From the IMG/VR virus record IMGVR_UViG_3300025030_000042: 64,000 nucleotides of DNA; one strand, written 5' to 3'. Source of the DNA: a virus. Taxonomy: Duplodnaviria > Caudoviricetes. The translations under genes and the position numbers were made by a program. Under the pieces are notes generated by a model, which was not told the origin of the DNA, searched no databases, and was given only the letters and a program-made list of their open reading frames with translations. Positions within the stretch are counted from its first letter, which is position 1, and each line of letters starts with the position of its first letter. Below are positions 1-9,385 of this stretch, piece by piece.

Positions 1-37
1 GTGGCATTTGAAAAACCTTTGTTGTGGTGTTCGAAGG

Positions 38-65
38 GTTATACGATTCAGGCTTAGAAACATTT
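38..65 (-). promoter_or_regulatory. Phage-specific promoter-like motif, copy 1 (variant)
   Basis: Minus strand reads AAATGTT-N10-AATCGTATAAC and points leftward out of the window. Confidence 0.55.
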
Positions 66-300
66 TAGCAATCCGCTTTGATACTGGTCAATGCTGCTTC
101 CATGAATGAAGTTGTTTGTTTCTTTTTCTTTAGAATGGCGCGCATTTGTGCTTCTCGACGCTTCAGCCAATCGATCCAATCGAGTGTACAACGAAGACAT
201 AAGGCGCAAGTTTCGGTCCATTTGTGCCCCGTGGCGGGGTGGAAAGGACCGCGACAGATTAAACATTGCGTTGGGCAAGTCATTTTATTGTCTCCGGAGA

Positions 301-328
301 GTTATACGATCGTCAATCGGATTTATTT
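301..328 (-). promoter_or_regulatory. Phage-specific promoter-like motif, copy 2
   Basis: Minus strand AAATAAA-N10-GATCGTATAAC. Confidence 0.7.
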
Positions 329-771
329 CTTTTTTGTTGTGCCCGTCGCAAACATCGGGAATCGCTCGCATATGGCAGGACCGATCCATTTTGATACTCT
401 TTTGCTATACTATCAATCAAATTGGACGGCAGTGTTTTCGCAATGATAGTTGCCCAACGATTGATATCACGATCGGACAAGGGAGGTTGAATTGGCGCAA
501 TGTCGCTTGCTTGCGATTCTAGGGACCTGTGCGCCTCGTGGGGGCGTCGGGAAACATTTTGTGATGCGTTATGTCCATTTTGCTTAAATCGCCTCTCACG
601 AGAAAAAAACACTCTCTTTTTTATAATCCTTTCCGCACACCAAAAAGAAATCCATCCCACGACAAATCCAATGAAATATATGCTCGTTGTCCAAGATGGA
701 GATCCCCAAGAAAATGCCCAACAAATCAAAAAAGCTGGCGATACGATCGAAAACAATCTTAAAAGTTTCAT
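313..771 (-). CDS. Hypothetical protein with N-terminal hydrophobic segments
   Basis: 152-aa ORF with two hydrophobic stretches, co-oriented with neighbours. Confidence 0.5.
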   Translation of the reverse strand: MKLLRLFSIVSPAFLICWAFSWGSPSWTTSIYFIGFVVGWISFWCAERIIKKRVFFSRERRFKQNGHNASQNVSRRPHEAHRSLESQASDIAPIQPPLSDRDINRWATIIAKTLPSNLIDSIAKEYQNGSVLPYASDSRCLRRAQQKRNKSD

Positions 772-794
772 TAGTTTTCATTTGGTTTTGTTTT

Positions 795-1004
795 TCAAAA
801 TTCCGGCATATCCGGTTTGATCATTCCCAAAAGCAACGCTTGTTCCGCTCCAATAACCTTGTGCTCGCCACACTCCGGACAATCGTAGCCTTCCGCGTCA
901 GGTTCGGTTGTGTCACGAGTGAAATCTTGACAAACCGGACACCAGCCTTGATATGAATCAACGGCATCTTGATAGTCTTCGAAGGAAACGACGATGGTTT
1001 TCAT
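795..1004 (-). CDS. Small zinc-ribbon protein
   Basis: CPVC and CPECG motif pairs. Confidence 0.65.
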   Translation of the reverse strand: MKTIVVSFEDYQDAVDSYQGWCPVCQDFTRDTTEPDAEGYDCPECGEHKVIGAEQALLLGMIKPDMPEF

Positions 1005-1005
1005 T

Positions 1006-1947
1006 TCACTTCTTCCATATTTTTATAGTTTCTTCAGTAGCGTCTTCAAGTGGACACCAATCAGGACAACTATCAATATCTTTAATCTCTTTTTTGTTCA
1101 TAGCAAAACAAATGTGGTATTTTGCTTCTTGATAAAAATGATGATCGGCGGTATATACTTCCTTTCTATTCCTACAATACATACAACTTGGTACAAGAAT
1201 CACCATTTGCTTCATTGCCCCTGCTCCGCGCAACTTCCGGAGCAAACGGAACGAGGTTCGCCCATATCGCACTCGAAACGGTCATCATCATCATTGTTTT
1301 CGTCAAGTTCATCGATCATCTCGAATGTCTCTTGACGATTTCGAGAACGATTGTAAGCCACCTTGCTTTGATGGGCGAGATCCCACTTGTTTCGAATCGG
1401 ATGAAGATTCTTGTGTCGATTGATTTTCATTGTCGTTCTTTCATTTGTTTCGTTAGTAATTCGTTAGTAAGTAGGTTCGTTATGTTATACGATCGAAACT
1501 GAAGATTATTTCTTATATTTTCTTTCAATGCGCGCCATAATATTCAACGCTACATCTTCCGAAATCTCTCTATTGAAATGTTCCATAACTCCAGCAAATC
1601 GCACGGCATCGTCAATGATCCATCCTTCGTCAAAAAATCGTCCAAAATCGTCAGTAAACATACCTTCGCACTCAGGATCCAAAAGGGGCGGCAAACGGCG
1701 CCACACTTCTGTTATATATTCGTTTTTATTCATTTTTTCAAACCTTCTGCGTTTCGACTGCTTCAGCAGCCTTGATCAAAGCCATCGCAAGTTCACGGGC
1801 TTGTTCGGGTTTCAAAGATGCTGATTCGTGATTATTCAAAGACAATAGAACCAAATAATACGATTTTGAAGGCAATACGCACGCACAGTGATTTTCCGAC
1901 CACATAAAATCCATATGCTCTCCGCGCTTCAAATCCTTGATAATCAT
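1006..1947 (-). CDS. Cluster of short hypothetical ORFs (1006-1272, 1212-1430, 1506-1733, 1738-1947)
   Basis: Tightly packed co-oriented ORFs typical of a phage early region; exact starts uncertain. Confidence 0.55.
1484..1511 (-). promoter_or_regulatory. Phage-specific promoter-like motif, copy 3
   Basis: Minus strand AAATAAT-N10-GATCGTATAAC. Confidence 0.7.
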
Positions 1948-2152
1948 TGGTCATTTCCTTTGTCAGAGATTGTTACGAATATATTCCCTTAGATTCTTCA
2001 AGGATTGAGAAAGTTCGTGCATCCATTCAAGTGTGTTTTTTGTTTGCGACGGTGGTTTATTATCCATTTTGAATGCCTCTTTTCACATCTTTATCAATCC
2101 CTCAAGAATCGCACCGTCCGACCATCATCGATCGGACGGTGCCTTGTTGTCA

Positions 2153-2689
2153 TTACGCAACCTTCTTGTTCTTGCGTGATCCGCTTGCAGGCGGGGGTGT
2201 CAACACTTCGTTTGCCAGACGATCCAGAAACTCGTGACGATTTGCCTCGTTCGCTTCCTTGGCGCCTTCCTGGCGACCCGACACGCTGTAACAGTATCGC
2301 GTCAGAAGCTGTCCAAGATGCGTCAACGAATCTCCAAGGGTCTCGACACTACGATCCCATTCCGAATCGATCAACGCGCCGGCGTGCTGAACAAGGATCC
2401 GTTCGGCCTGTGCGCGATCCTCAACGGTCTTGCTCGTAACGCTCGGACCCACACCATAAGCGCGCTTTGGCTTTGCAACGGACTGACAAGCCTCAACCAA
2501 TCGCTCTGCATCTCGAAGTAGATCTACCTTCTCAAGATCGATCCCCTCACTCTCCGAAACCTGAATCAGATCTCGCATATTGAAGTTGGTGCCTTTGATA
2601 ACGTTCAGGGCAGACACCAACTTGCGAGCACGCTTCTCAACATCACTCAACGGTCCAGTCTTCGTTCCTGCAGTACGTCCACGTGGCAT
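2153..2689 (-). CDS. Hypothetical protein with basic termini (GC-rich gene)
   Basis: 178-aa ORF, RBS-like GAAAGGT upstream, lies downstream of motif copy 4. Confidence 0.7.
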   Translation of the reverse strand: MPRGRTAGTKTGPLSDVEKRARKLVSALNVIKGTNFNMRDLIQVSESEGIDLEKVDLLRDAERLVEACQSVAKPKRAYGVGPSVTSKTVEDRAQAERILVQHAGALIDSEWDRSVETLGDSLTHLGQLLTRYCYSVSGRQEGAKEANEANRHEFLDRLANEVLTPPPASGSRKNKKVA

Positions 2690-2801
2690 GTTACTCTACC
2701 TTTCTTGCGTCATTGACGCTTGTTGTTGCTCCGACATTGGAGCGGTTATCCCATCTCTTCTCTCGTTCCCGTTCCCGTTCGTCTTCGTCTTCTCACATTG
2801 T

Positions 2802-2829
2802 ATTATACGATCGAACCTTGTCAATATTT
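2802..2829 (-). promoter_or_regulatory. Phage-specific promoter-like motif, copy 4
   Basis: Minus strand AAATATT-N10-GATCGTATAAT. Confidence 0.7.
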
Positions 2830-3362
2830 TTTTGTTCGTAACGACGGAAAAAGTTTTTTCGTGATCTCGCAATTGTCTTTACCAACGGTCCGAATCTTCA
2901 TCAAATAGCGCGCGTGCTCGAATGCTTCCTCGCGTGTGGAAAAAATTCCATAGACTTGACGCGGGGATAATCCGCCGACAGTCTGGATCATTAGACTGAT
3001 GAAGTTACTTTCGAAAGCAATATCATATAATTCACTATCTTTTGTGGGATAGGTTACGATCCAAAAGGTGAGCAGTAGATCTCTGGAGATTTTCATTGTT
3101 ATTATTCTTTTTCCGGAATCTTATATGTTGCTGGTTTGATTTCTTTTCTATGCCCACAACATTTACAAGTTTCAAATTCAGCAGGAGTATTTTCTTCTAG
3201 TTCAATATAATACTCGTCGCCATTTCCATTTGTTTGATCTACTTCGTTGAACCATACGCACAACTCCCGACAATACGGGCAACCCTCTTCATAATCATAA
3301 GCATCTTCTGTCCATTGATGACCATTTTTACAAAGAAGTTGTGTATATCCTTTGTATGACAT
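2821..3362 (-). CDS. Two hypothetical ORFs (2821-3096; 3102-3362 is Cys-rich)
   Basis: Co-oriented ORFs; the second has CKNGH, CPYC and CKCC motifs. Confidence 0.6.
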
Positions 3363-3381
3363 TTTTTGTTATCTCTAGTGA

Positions 3382-3409
3382 GTTATACGATCCACATTGT
3401 TAAATATTT
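3382..3409 (-). promoter_or_regulatory. Phage-specific promoter-like motif, copy 5
   Basis: Minus strand AAATATT-N10-GATCGTATAAC, abutting the 3' end of the tRNA-like element. Confidence 0.7.
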
Positions 3410-3410
3410 G

Positions 3411-3479
3411 TTCCTGGGAAAGGATTTGAACCTTTACTTGGGATGATCAGTCCTGCCTCTACCATTGGGCTACCCAGGA
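3411..3479 (-). tRNA. tRNA-like element with truncated (3-bp) anticodon stem, possible pseudo-tRNA
   Basis: TCCTGGG/CCCAGGA acceptor stem, D arm with AATGGTA, T arm AAAGG-TTCAAAT-CCTTT; anticodon arm only GGA-CTGATCA-TCC; 69 nt. Confidence 0.7.
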
Positions 3480-3523
3480 AAAAGTAAACCGGGGTAGTTA
3501 TTGTCTCTACCCCAGTCTGGTTT
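3478..3523 (-). terminator. Hairpin, possible intrinsic terminator or processing site
   Basis: GGGGTAG-9nt-CTACCCC stem followed by GGTTTACTTTTT on the minus strand, just after ORF 3530-3835. Confidence 0.45.
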
Positions 3524-3529
3524 GTTATA

Positions 3530-3835
3530 TTACGCAAGATTGAATCCCTTCAGAGTTAGAAAGTAACTCGTCTCATCACGAGCACTCTGAACCACATATC
3601 CCAACTCGACATACCGCGCCAGGGTCGGGGCACTGAAAAGACTCTCGTCGAAGCCCTGCCCCGCCATCAAGTCACCGTTACGAATCAGCACGCGAAGTTT
3701 GCTGACACGATCCACCTTGATACCTGCCGGGCGACCACGCTTGCGCCTCGGAAACTCCACAACACCGCTCTGCTCGATGCTCTGCTCGACACTCTGTACC
3801 GGAACCACCCGAAGCTGAAGATTCATCGTGTCCAT
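3530..3835 (-). CDS. Small DNA-binding protein with AT-hook-like motif
   Basis: RRKRGRP motif; GC-rich gene; AGGCAGGAG RBS; downstream of motif copy 6. Confidence 0.6.
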   Translation of the reverse strand: MDTMNLQLRVVPVQSVEQSIEQSGVVEFPRRKRGRPAGIKVDRVSKLRVLIRNGDLMAGQGFDESLFSAPTLARYVELGYVVQSARDETSYFLTLKGFNLA

Positions 3836-3865
3836 TTGCTCCTGCCTTTCTTGTTTGTTCGCTCG

Positions 3866-3893
3866 ATTATACGATCGGACCTGAAGAATATTT
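3866..3893 (-). promoter_or_regulatory. Phage-specific promoter-like motif, copy 6
   Basis: Minus strand AAATATT-N10-GATCGTATAAT. Confidence 0.7.
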
Positions 3894-3905
3894 TGTTTTC
3901 TTTCT

Positions 3906-4400
3906 TTAGTTCTCGCCCTTCTTTGGTGACATTGACACTTTTCTCATTTCAACCAAGTGTTTCGCTACCTTGACTGTTTCGACCATTTCATATACGAAGT
4001 TGAACTCTTCAATCAATCCCTTTTGTTTAATGATTTCCAAAATATTCCGAAGATCAACATACCGATAAAGATCGGTGGTTTCGCTACTATGAATGAGCAT
4101 AATTTTAACATTACAACCTTCGATCAATAGATCGAGATGCGATGATTCTTTTTCCATTGCTCGCCTTCAACTTTCTTGTCGCAAATCATTCATCATACAT
4201 TTAGAAATGGATATCTGTAGTTGTTGACACGGGCGCATCAAAAAACTTTCGTCATACCATTTAATACAATCGTCTGAAAACCAATAAACTTCATATCTCC
4301 TTTCTTGATAAGAAACAACGATCCCTAGTGATTCGTCATCATAGATTCTGGAAATGAAATCACCGATGGCAAACTTTCGATTCATTTTACTTTCCTTCAT
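3906..4400 (-). CDS. Two hypothetical ORFs (3906-4157; 4167-4400 is a KxGDL-family member)
   Basis: 4167-4400 has FAIGDFI...LGIVV...YEVYW. Confidence 0.6.
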
Positions 4401-4728
4401 AAATCTTCTTTAATCTTTCAAATTCGGCAAGTTCCTGCTGCTTTTGTTGTTCAACTTGTTCTTTTTCTTTTGTAATCCTATCCTGAAACTCTTCGTCTGT
4501 TTCCAATCGTCGACCACAAACTTTTACAACAACCGATTCTTCACGATCATAAGCAGATTCATAACCTTTTTCAATATCAATACGAACCTCGTCTTCGTCG
4601 ATATTTTCTTTTGCCGCCCATTCTCTGAGAATAAGGCAAGTTTTTTCTATTGCTTTCAAAGTTTCGAAACCGCTTACACCAAAATAATAGGGATGATTTG
4701 GCATATAGATAGTTTTATGTTTTTTCAT
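4387..4728 (-). CDS. Hypothetical protein, paralog of 7851-8186
   Basis: Shares W(A)xxN, DIDI/RIDI, RxETDEE and LKKIYEGK with 7851-8186; start moved to the in-frame ATG at 4728. Confidence 0.65.
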   Translation of the reverse strand: MKKHKTIYMPNHPYYFGVSGFETLKAIEKTCLILREWAAKENIDEDEVRIDIEKGYESAYDREESVVVKVCGRRLETDEEFQDRITKEKEQVEQQKQQELAEFERLKKIYEGK

Positions 4729-4846
4729 CTGGAAAACACTCCTCTTAAGATCCATCCTAATACAAACGCCAACGCAAGAAATATCATTGATATCTTTATT
4801 GAATTTTGTTCGTCGTTCATTTTGACACTTCCTCCTTCTACCACGG

Positions 4847-4874
4847 ATTATACGATCTATGTAGCAAAATTTTT
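4847..4874 (-). promoter_or_regulatory. Phage-specific promoter-like motif, copy 7
   Basis: Minus strand AAAAATT-N10-GATCGTATAAT at the head of the leftward early block. Confidence 0.7.
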
Positions 4875-5071
4875 CAGAAAATCGTCAGCAACGGTCGCTT
4901 TAAAGCATTTTGTTCGGCGGAAAGCAACTTTTGTGCCAAACTTTTTTTCATATTTGTGATCCGGCTTACGAAAAAAAAATCGTCCGACGAGAAATATTTC
5001 CTTGACCGCAGAGGTAGAAACGCTATCCTATAATCGTATCATTCAGTAACCGTCGTCACCAAGGAGACACC

Positions 5072-5260
5072 ATGAAAGTCCGCGACCTGATCGAGACCCT
5101 CAAAACAATGAACCCCGAGAAACCCCTTCAATGTCGCCACGTTAAGTTTGCCCATTGCGGTTCAACCAAGATCGAATCGGTATTCCAGATTACAGTCGTT
5201 GACCGAAACGGGGAACTCTTGCTCTCCGATTCTGAAGATCTCACCGACGAGAATCAGTAG
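5072..5260 (+). CDS. Small hypothetical protein (MKVRDLIETL type)
   Basis: AAGGAG RBS upstream; TTGACC-16-TATCCT promoter-like site at 5002-5029. Confidence 0.65.
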   Translation: MKVRDLIETLKTMNPEKPLQCRHVKFAHCGSTKIESVFQITVVDRNGELLLSDSEDLTDENQ

Positions 5261-5326
5261 CCCACCCCACAATCATCTCCCCCGCATTGTAAAAAATTCA
5301 CTCTGTTGGGGGAGATCTTTCCCGCA

Positions 5327-5354
5327 TTGACAAGTCCTTTCTCCATCGTATAAT
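5327..5354 (+). promoter_or_regulatory. Sigma70-type promoter
   Basis: TTGACA-16nt-TATAAT; the -10 box is preceded by ATCG as in the phage-specific motif. Confidence 0.75.
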
Positions 5355-5397
5355 CCAATAGTAAATCACTTTTGGTAAAGAAAGAGAGGATGAAACG

Positions 5398-5730
5398 ATG
5401 GCAAAAGGATTCAAATGTAATGTGTGCGGGTCGATGACGGTCCACAACAAGGGATCACACCAGCAGTGTTCCACGTGTCGCACGGTATCGTGGAGTTGGG
5501 AACAGGGAGTTCGTGGTCTTGGTTCGGGTCGGGGGCATAAGTGCCCTTGGTGCACGCTTCCGACGCTTCATATTGTCAACACATATAGTTGTGGAGACGG
5601 AACGGAACTGGATATTTCGCGTTGTTCGACCTGTAACTACAGGTCGATCACCGATGCCAACTGGAATCAAAAGCCGGACGGAAAGGGGGTAGAAGATCGA
5701 ACGGAAATAGAAGAAAAACATCTCTCATAA
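5398..5730 (+). CDS. Multi-zinc-ribbon protein
   Basis: Four CxxC pairs (CNVC, CSTC, CPWC, CSTC); GAGAGG RBS. Confidence 0.7.
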   Translation: MAKGFKCNVCGSMTVHNKGSHQQCSTCRTVSWSWEQGVRGLGSGRGHKCPWCTLPTLHIVNTYSCGDGTELDISRCSTCNYRSITDANWNQKPDGKGVEDRTEIEEKHLS

Positions 5731-5745
5731 TCTCCCGCCCATATA

Positions 5746-6374
5746 TCATTCAACAATATGCTCGATGTTACATTCGGTCAACATCGAGCATATTCTTTTT
5801 TTATCTTCTTTATCAATACAATAAGTTAGAATATCATAAATCTTTGATTTGAATTTGGGATAACCAAGATTTGTCATTGTTCGAATGGTTTCATTAGAGA
5901 CTTTCACAAGAACCAAAACAGTTTCTTTATTTTGTTTCATTATCTTTTGGCTCGCTTTAAAATGTTTCCTTGATTATCCAAAGAAAAATCATACAGATCC
6001 CAATCTCGCGTTAGTTGTCTCGCAATCTCCAGAGGTAGCCAACAGATAACTTCTGTATTATCTGCCATAATCGCCCCACCACACTTGATCGAATAACTTC
6101 GTTGAGGATTCTTTACAATATTCGTTGAATAGATTTTTTGAAACATTTGATTAACCTTGTTTAGTTCTTTTTTTAAAATTTCATTCATCTCTTTTTCAAC
6201 ATTTTTATCATTAGCAATTTCATCTCTTTTATTAAGATTTGCTACAGACATTATCAAAAGTTTATCGTATTTAATCCTTAAAAAATTATTTATTGGATAA
6301 TATTCAAAAAGATTATAGTTAATAATTTCTATTATACCTTTGTTATTTTCAAAATAACAAGGATAATAACTCAT
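5746..6374 (-). CDS. Two hypothetical ORFs (5746-5940, 5940-6374)
   Basis: Abutting co-oriented ORFs. Confidence 0.55.
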
Positions 6375-6985
6375 TTCAACACCAAATCGTAGTTTGTAAT
6401 CTTAACGATTTCCGACATTTGAGAAACATATTTAGCGATCAAATCCTGTCGATTCCTTTCGACCGCATCTTTCCAAGCAACATTCAATCGAAGCATTGCG
6501 ACTTCGGCATTCACAAAAAACTCAATCATATCAACAACAACACTGATCGTTGCCGTATTCATCGAATGATGCGAACGCTCAAAAATGAATCGATGCTTTC
6601 GTTCGTTTTCAACGATCAATGTTGTGGTTACCGGAGAATCGGATCCGGTTTTATTTTTTGTTGTATCCGATTGAATATTTGCGTGGGCATCAAAAGAAAC
6701 AAACTTGATTCCATTCAATGAAATATATTTCTCTTTGAAAAAGTTGCTCATCGATCCATAAAGAGCATCAACAATACCCTTTCCAGAACCTTCGATAAGA
6801 TGAGAAACATTTGAACGACCGGAAACTTTCAACTCGTATTCCACGCAAGAAACATTCTCTTTGAGACTTTCTTTCAAAATAAGAGAATCGATTTCAACTT
6901 TTGACCACCAACTACCAAGAACCTTTTTGATCATAATCGTTAGTTCTTGTCGTTCAATATCTTGAGCAGTTGGTTTGTTTTTCAT
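6371..6985 (-). CDS. Stand-alone LeuA (isopropylmalate synthase) allosteric-domain-like protein
   Basis: GSGKGIVDALY resembles GxGxGPVDA; downstream TGSDSPV fits the same fold; no catalytic domain. Confidence 0.45.
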   Translation of the reverse strand: MKNKPTAQDIERQELTIMIKKVLGSWWSKVEIDSLILKESLKENVSCVEYELKVSGRSNVSHLIEGSGKGIVDALYGSMSNFFKEKYISLNGIKFVSFDAHANIQSDTTKNKTGSDSPVTTTLIVENERKHRFIFERSHHSMNTATISVVVDMIEFFVNAEVAMLRLNVAWKDAVERNRQDLIAKYVSQMSEIVKITNYDLVLK

Positions 6986-7032
6986 TGTTGAAATTTCCTA
7001 TGTTATTTGTTTTAAATAGGATTCATTTCTCT

Positions 7033-8926
7033 TTATGGATTAAAGTCTTTGCTCCATCTTTCGTTAACATAAGTTTTGAAAATATTTCTTTCTGTTTCCG
7101 AAATCAAATCGTTGTAAATACTATTATACACATTCTCATATTCTTGAGGAAAAACTTCTTTTAAATCACACGATTTGTTTTGACCAAACAATTTTTCATA
7201 TTGTATAAAGATTTTTTTAGTTATATCAAAAAATTTAGAATGAACCGCAATAATAGTGTCTTGCCAACGATTTATTTTTGATTGAGCAATATATGTATAC
7301 ATAAACATATAAAACGCAAACTTTTCATTGTTATTGGTTTGATACTGATCACATTTATTCAACCAATACTTAGCATTGTAAAGAGTTTCGATCTTTTTTA
7401 GTTCATTTAAATCAAAAGACATTTTAATATCCTTTTGCTACTTCAACCAATAAACAACAATAACCATCATAAAGAACCAAGAGACGAACATCACCTTGAA
7501 AAAGATTTTTTCGTTACGGGTCAACATCTTAACCTCCTTACCAGGCTTTCAAAGTCCCACATTCTGGACAACCATAGATAGTTCTATACCCCTTTAATAC
7601 TTCGATTGACTCAAAAGGCTTCTTATCTACAAATATATACTTATATTTCGCCAATACTTTTACTTGTCCCTTCTCCGGTCCTTTCTTATATAACACAGCG
7701 GGTTCGATTAGTGTTACACTTTCTACTGGATCATCGTCATATCCGCAGGCTTCACATTTCATTTCCAAAACCCTTTCCACAAACAGTATATAACAAAAAG
7801 AGCAGTAATCGTTGGTAAAATAACATCAGGATACAATAGGCGTCTAAACTTCATCTCTTTTTCCCTTCATAAATCTTCTTTAGTTTCAAATACCCCTCAT
7901 ATCGTTGTTGCTCGAGAAACTTTAGCTCCTCTTCATATTTACCAAGTCTTTGTTGGGTTTCTTCGTCTGTTTCTGTTCGCCATGCATGAACTTCTATGAC
8001 AATATCTCCCTTATAGTTTGAATGGATATCAATATCGACATCTTCTTCCTTCATATTATTTTCTTTTGCCCAATTTTCAATAACTTGGCAACTGTCTTTC
8101 ATTGCGTCCAGAGTAGAAAAATTAGTCGCATCAAACTCCCTGGGCATTCTCATAAATTTGTTTCTCTTTACTGACTTTTTCATCACGGCACCTTTCCCAT
8201 CAATCCAAGCCGTCTAACGAGAACCTGTTTCCACTTGGGAAGTGAACGCCAACTATCCCAACGCTCAGCATTACCAGTTCTCAATCGAGTGTGGGATATG
8301 ATTAAATCTTGAAGAGCCACTTGTTCGTCCTCTTGCTCGGTGTTATTTTGATAGACTGAACCGAGAGATACAATGCCCAGACTTTTCAAATACTCTCTTG
8401 CCGTCATTTCAACACACTTTCTTCTCGAACTTCTACTTCTTCTACAGAATATTCTGTTTCTGAAGTTCCAGAATCATCATATTTATTTATACAAGCACGA
8501 ATTTCGGGTGTAGGTAATCGAGCGGAAAGTTTGTTGAGAAAATCTTTACTCCTTTGTTGATTTTCTCGCTTCATTGAAGCAGCCTCTTCGGTTGCGAGTA
8601 GGGCGTGTTCTTCTGCTAACTTCTCATCAAAGTAAAACGCCACATTATATTTGCCCATATATTCATAATCATAATAGTGTCCTACAACGATGTAGATCTT
8701 CATTTTATTTCTCTGTCTTGTTTGGTTCGATAAGAAAAACTAAACTTTGAATGTGTTTAGTATTTTCTTTAGTCTGTTCAATATTAAATATAGGACAGGC
8801 ACCATGATAGTGACCATAAATATATGTATTTCCAAGTTGTGCTGATAGTAGAGCAATTAAATCAACCGCTTCTTTATTTGAAAGAACAAATACAGTTTCT
8901 TCGCAGTTTTCAAATGTTCGGGCCAT
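7033..8926 (-). CDS. Cluster of hypothetical ORFs (7033-7422, 7538-7780 Zn-ribbon, 7851-8186, 8183-8407, 8404-8703, 8705-8926)
   Basis: Overlapping start/stop packing. Confidence 0.6.
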
Positions 8927-9063
8927 TTTATTTCACCAACCTATAAAAGAATGTTGCTGGAACAGTGAGTGGCCAGATAACCCAAAGTAAATACCATATA
9001 ACGATCGCAATGATACTTTTCGTTTACAACCGGATCAAGATCGAAAATAAAAATATTCACTTT

Positions 9064-9312
9064 TTACTTCTTGCTCGTCAAATGATAACAAGAACAATAT
9101 TGACATTGATAAATATACAACTTCGCTCCACTTCGCTTGTATGCTCGCGAAACAAGATCCTTGGCGTTCTTGCGCGATTCATATTTCTTTTTTGCTAAGC
9201 AGCCTTTCAAAAGACGATAATCAAGGTTAGAGACATTCAGAGTTTTGATGGTCTCCGGCTTTGCTCGGAACATTATATGCCTCGCTTTCCTCTGTTGTTT
9301 GTATACCACCAA
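9064..9312 (-). CDS. Small basic protein with YxCxxC..H Zn motif (start uncertain)
   Basis: YQCQYCSCYHLTSK C-terminus; the annotated start overlaps a promoter, so the real start is probably downstream. Confidence 0.55.
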   Translation of the reverse strand: MVVYKQQRKARHIMFRAKPETIKTLNVSNLDYRLLKGCLAKKKYESRKNAKDLVSRAYKRSGAKLYIYQCQYCSCYHLTSKK

Positions 9313-9338
9313 TATAGCAGAGCGGTTGTGGGCGTCAA
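9311..9338 (-). promoter_or_regulatory. Sigma70-type promoter
   Basis: TTGACG-16-TATATT with extended -10 TG. Confidence 0.6.
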
Positions 9339-9385
9339 GAGAAAATGGTTTATTGCTAACCCCTTGATATCACAGGAGTTTAATA

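Noticed and set aside
1449-1470. Tandem 11-mer TTCGTTAGTAA x2
   Set aside because: Only two copies in a leader region with no supporting context; possibly a slippage duplication.
1966-2000. Eighth copy of the GATCGTATAA promoter motif
   Set aside because: Too degenerate (ATTCGTAACA, with a poor upstream box).
4875-5060. Replication origin or genome terminus at the divergent strand switch
   Set aside because: It is non-coding with A/T runs but has no clear iterons or terminal repeat; two back-to-back promoters explain it.
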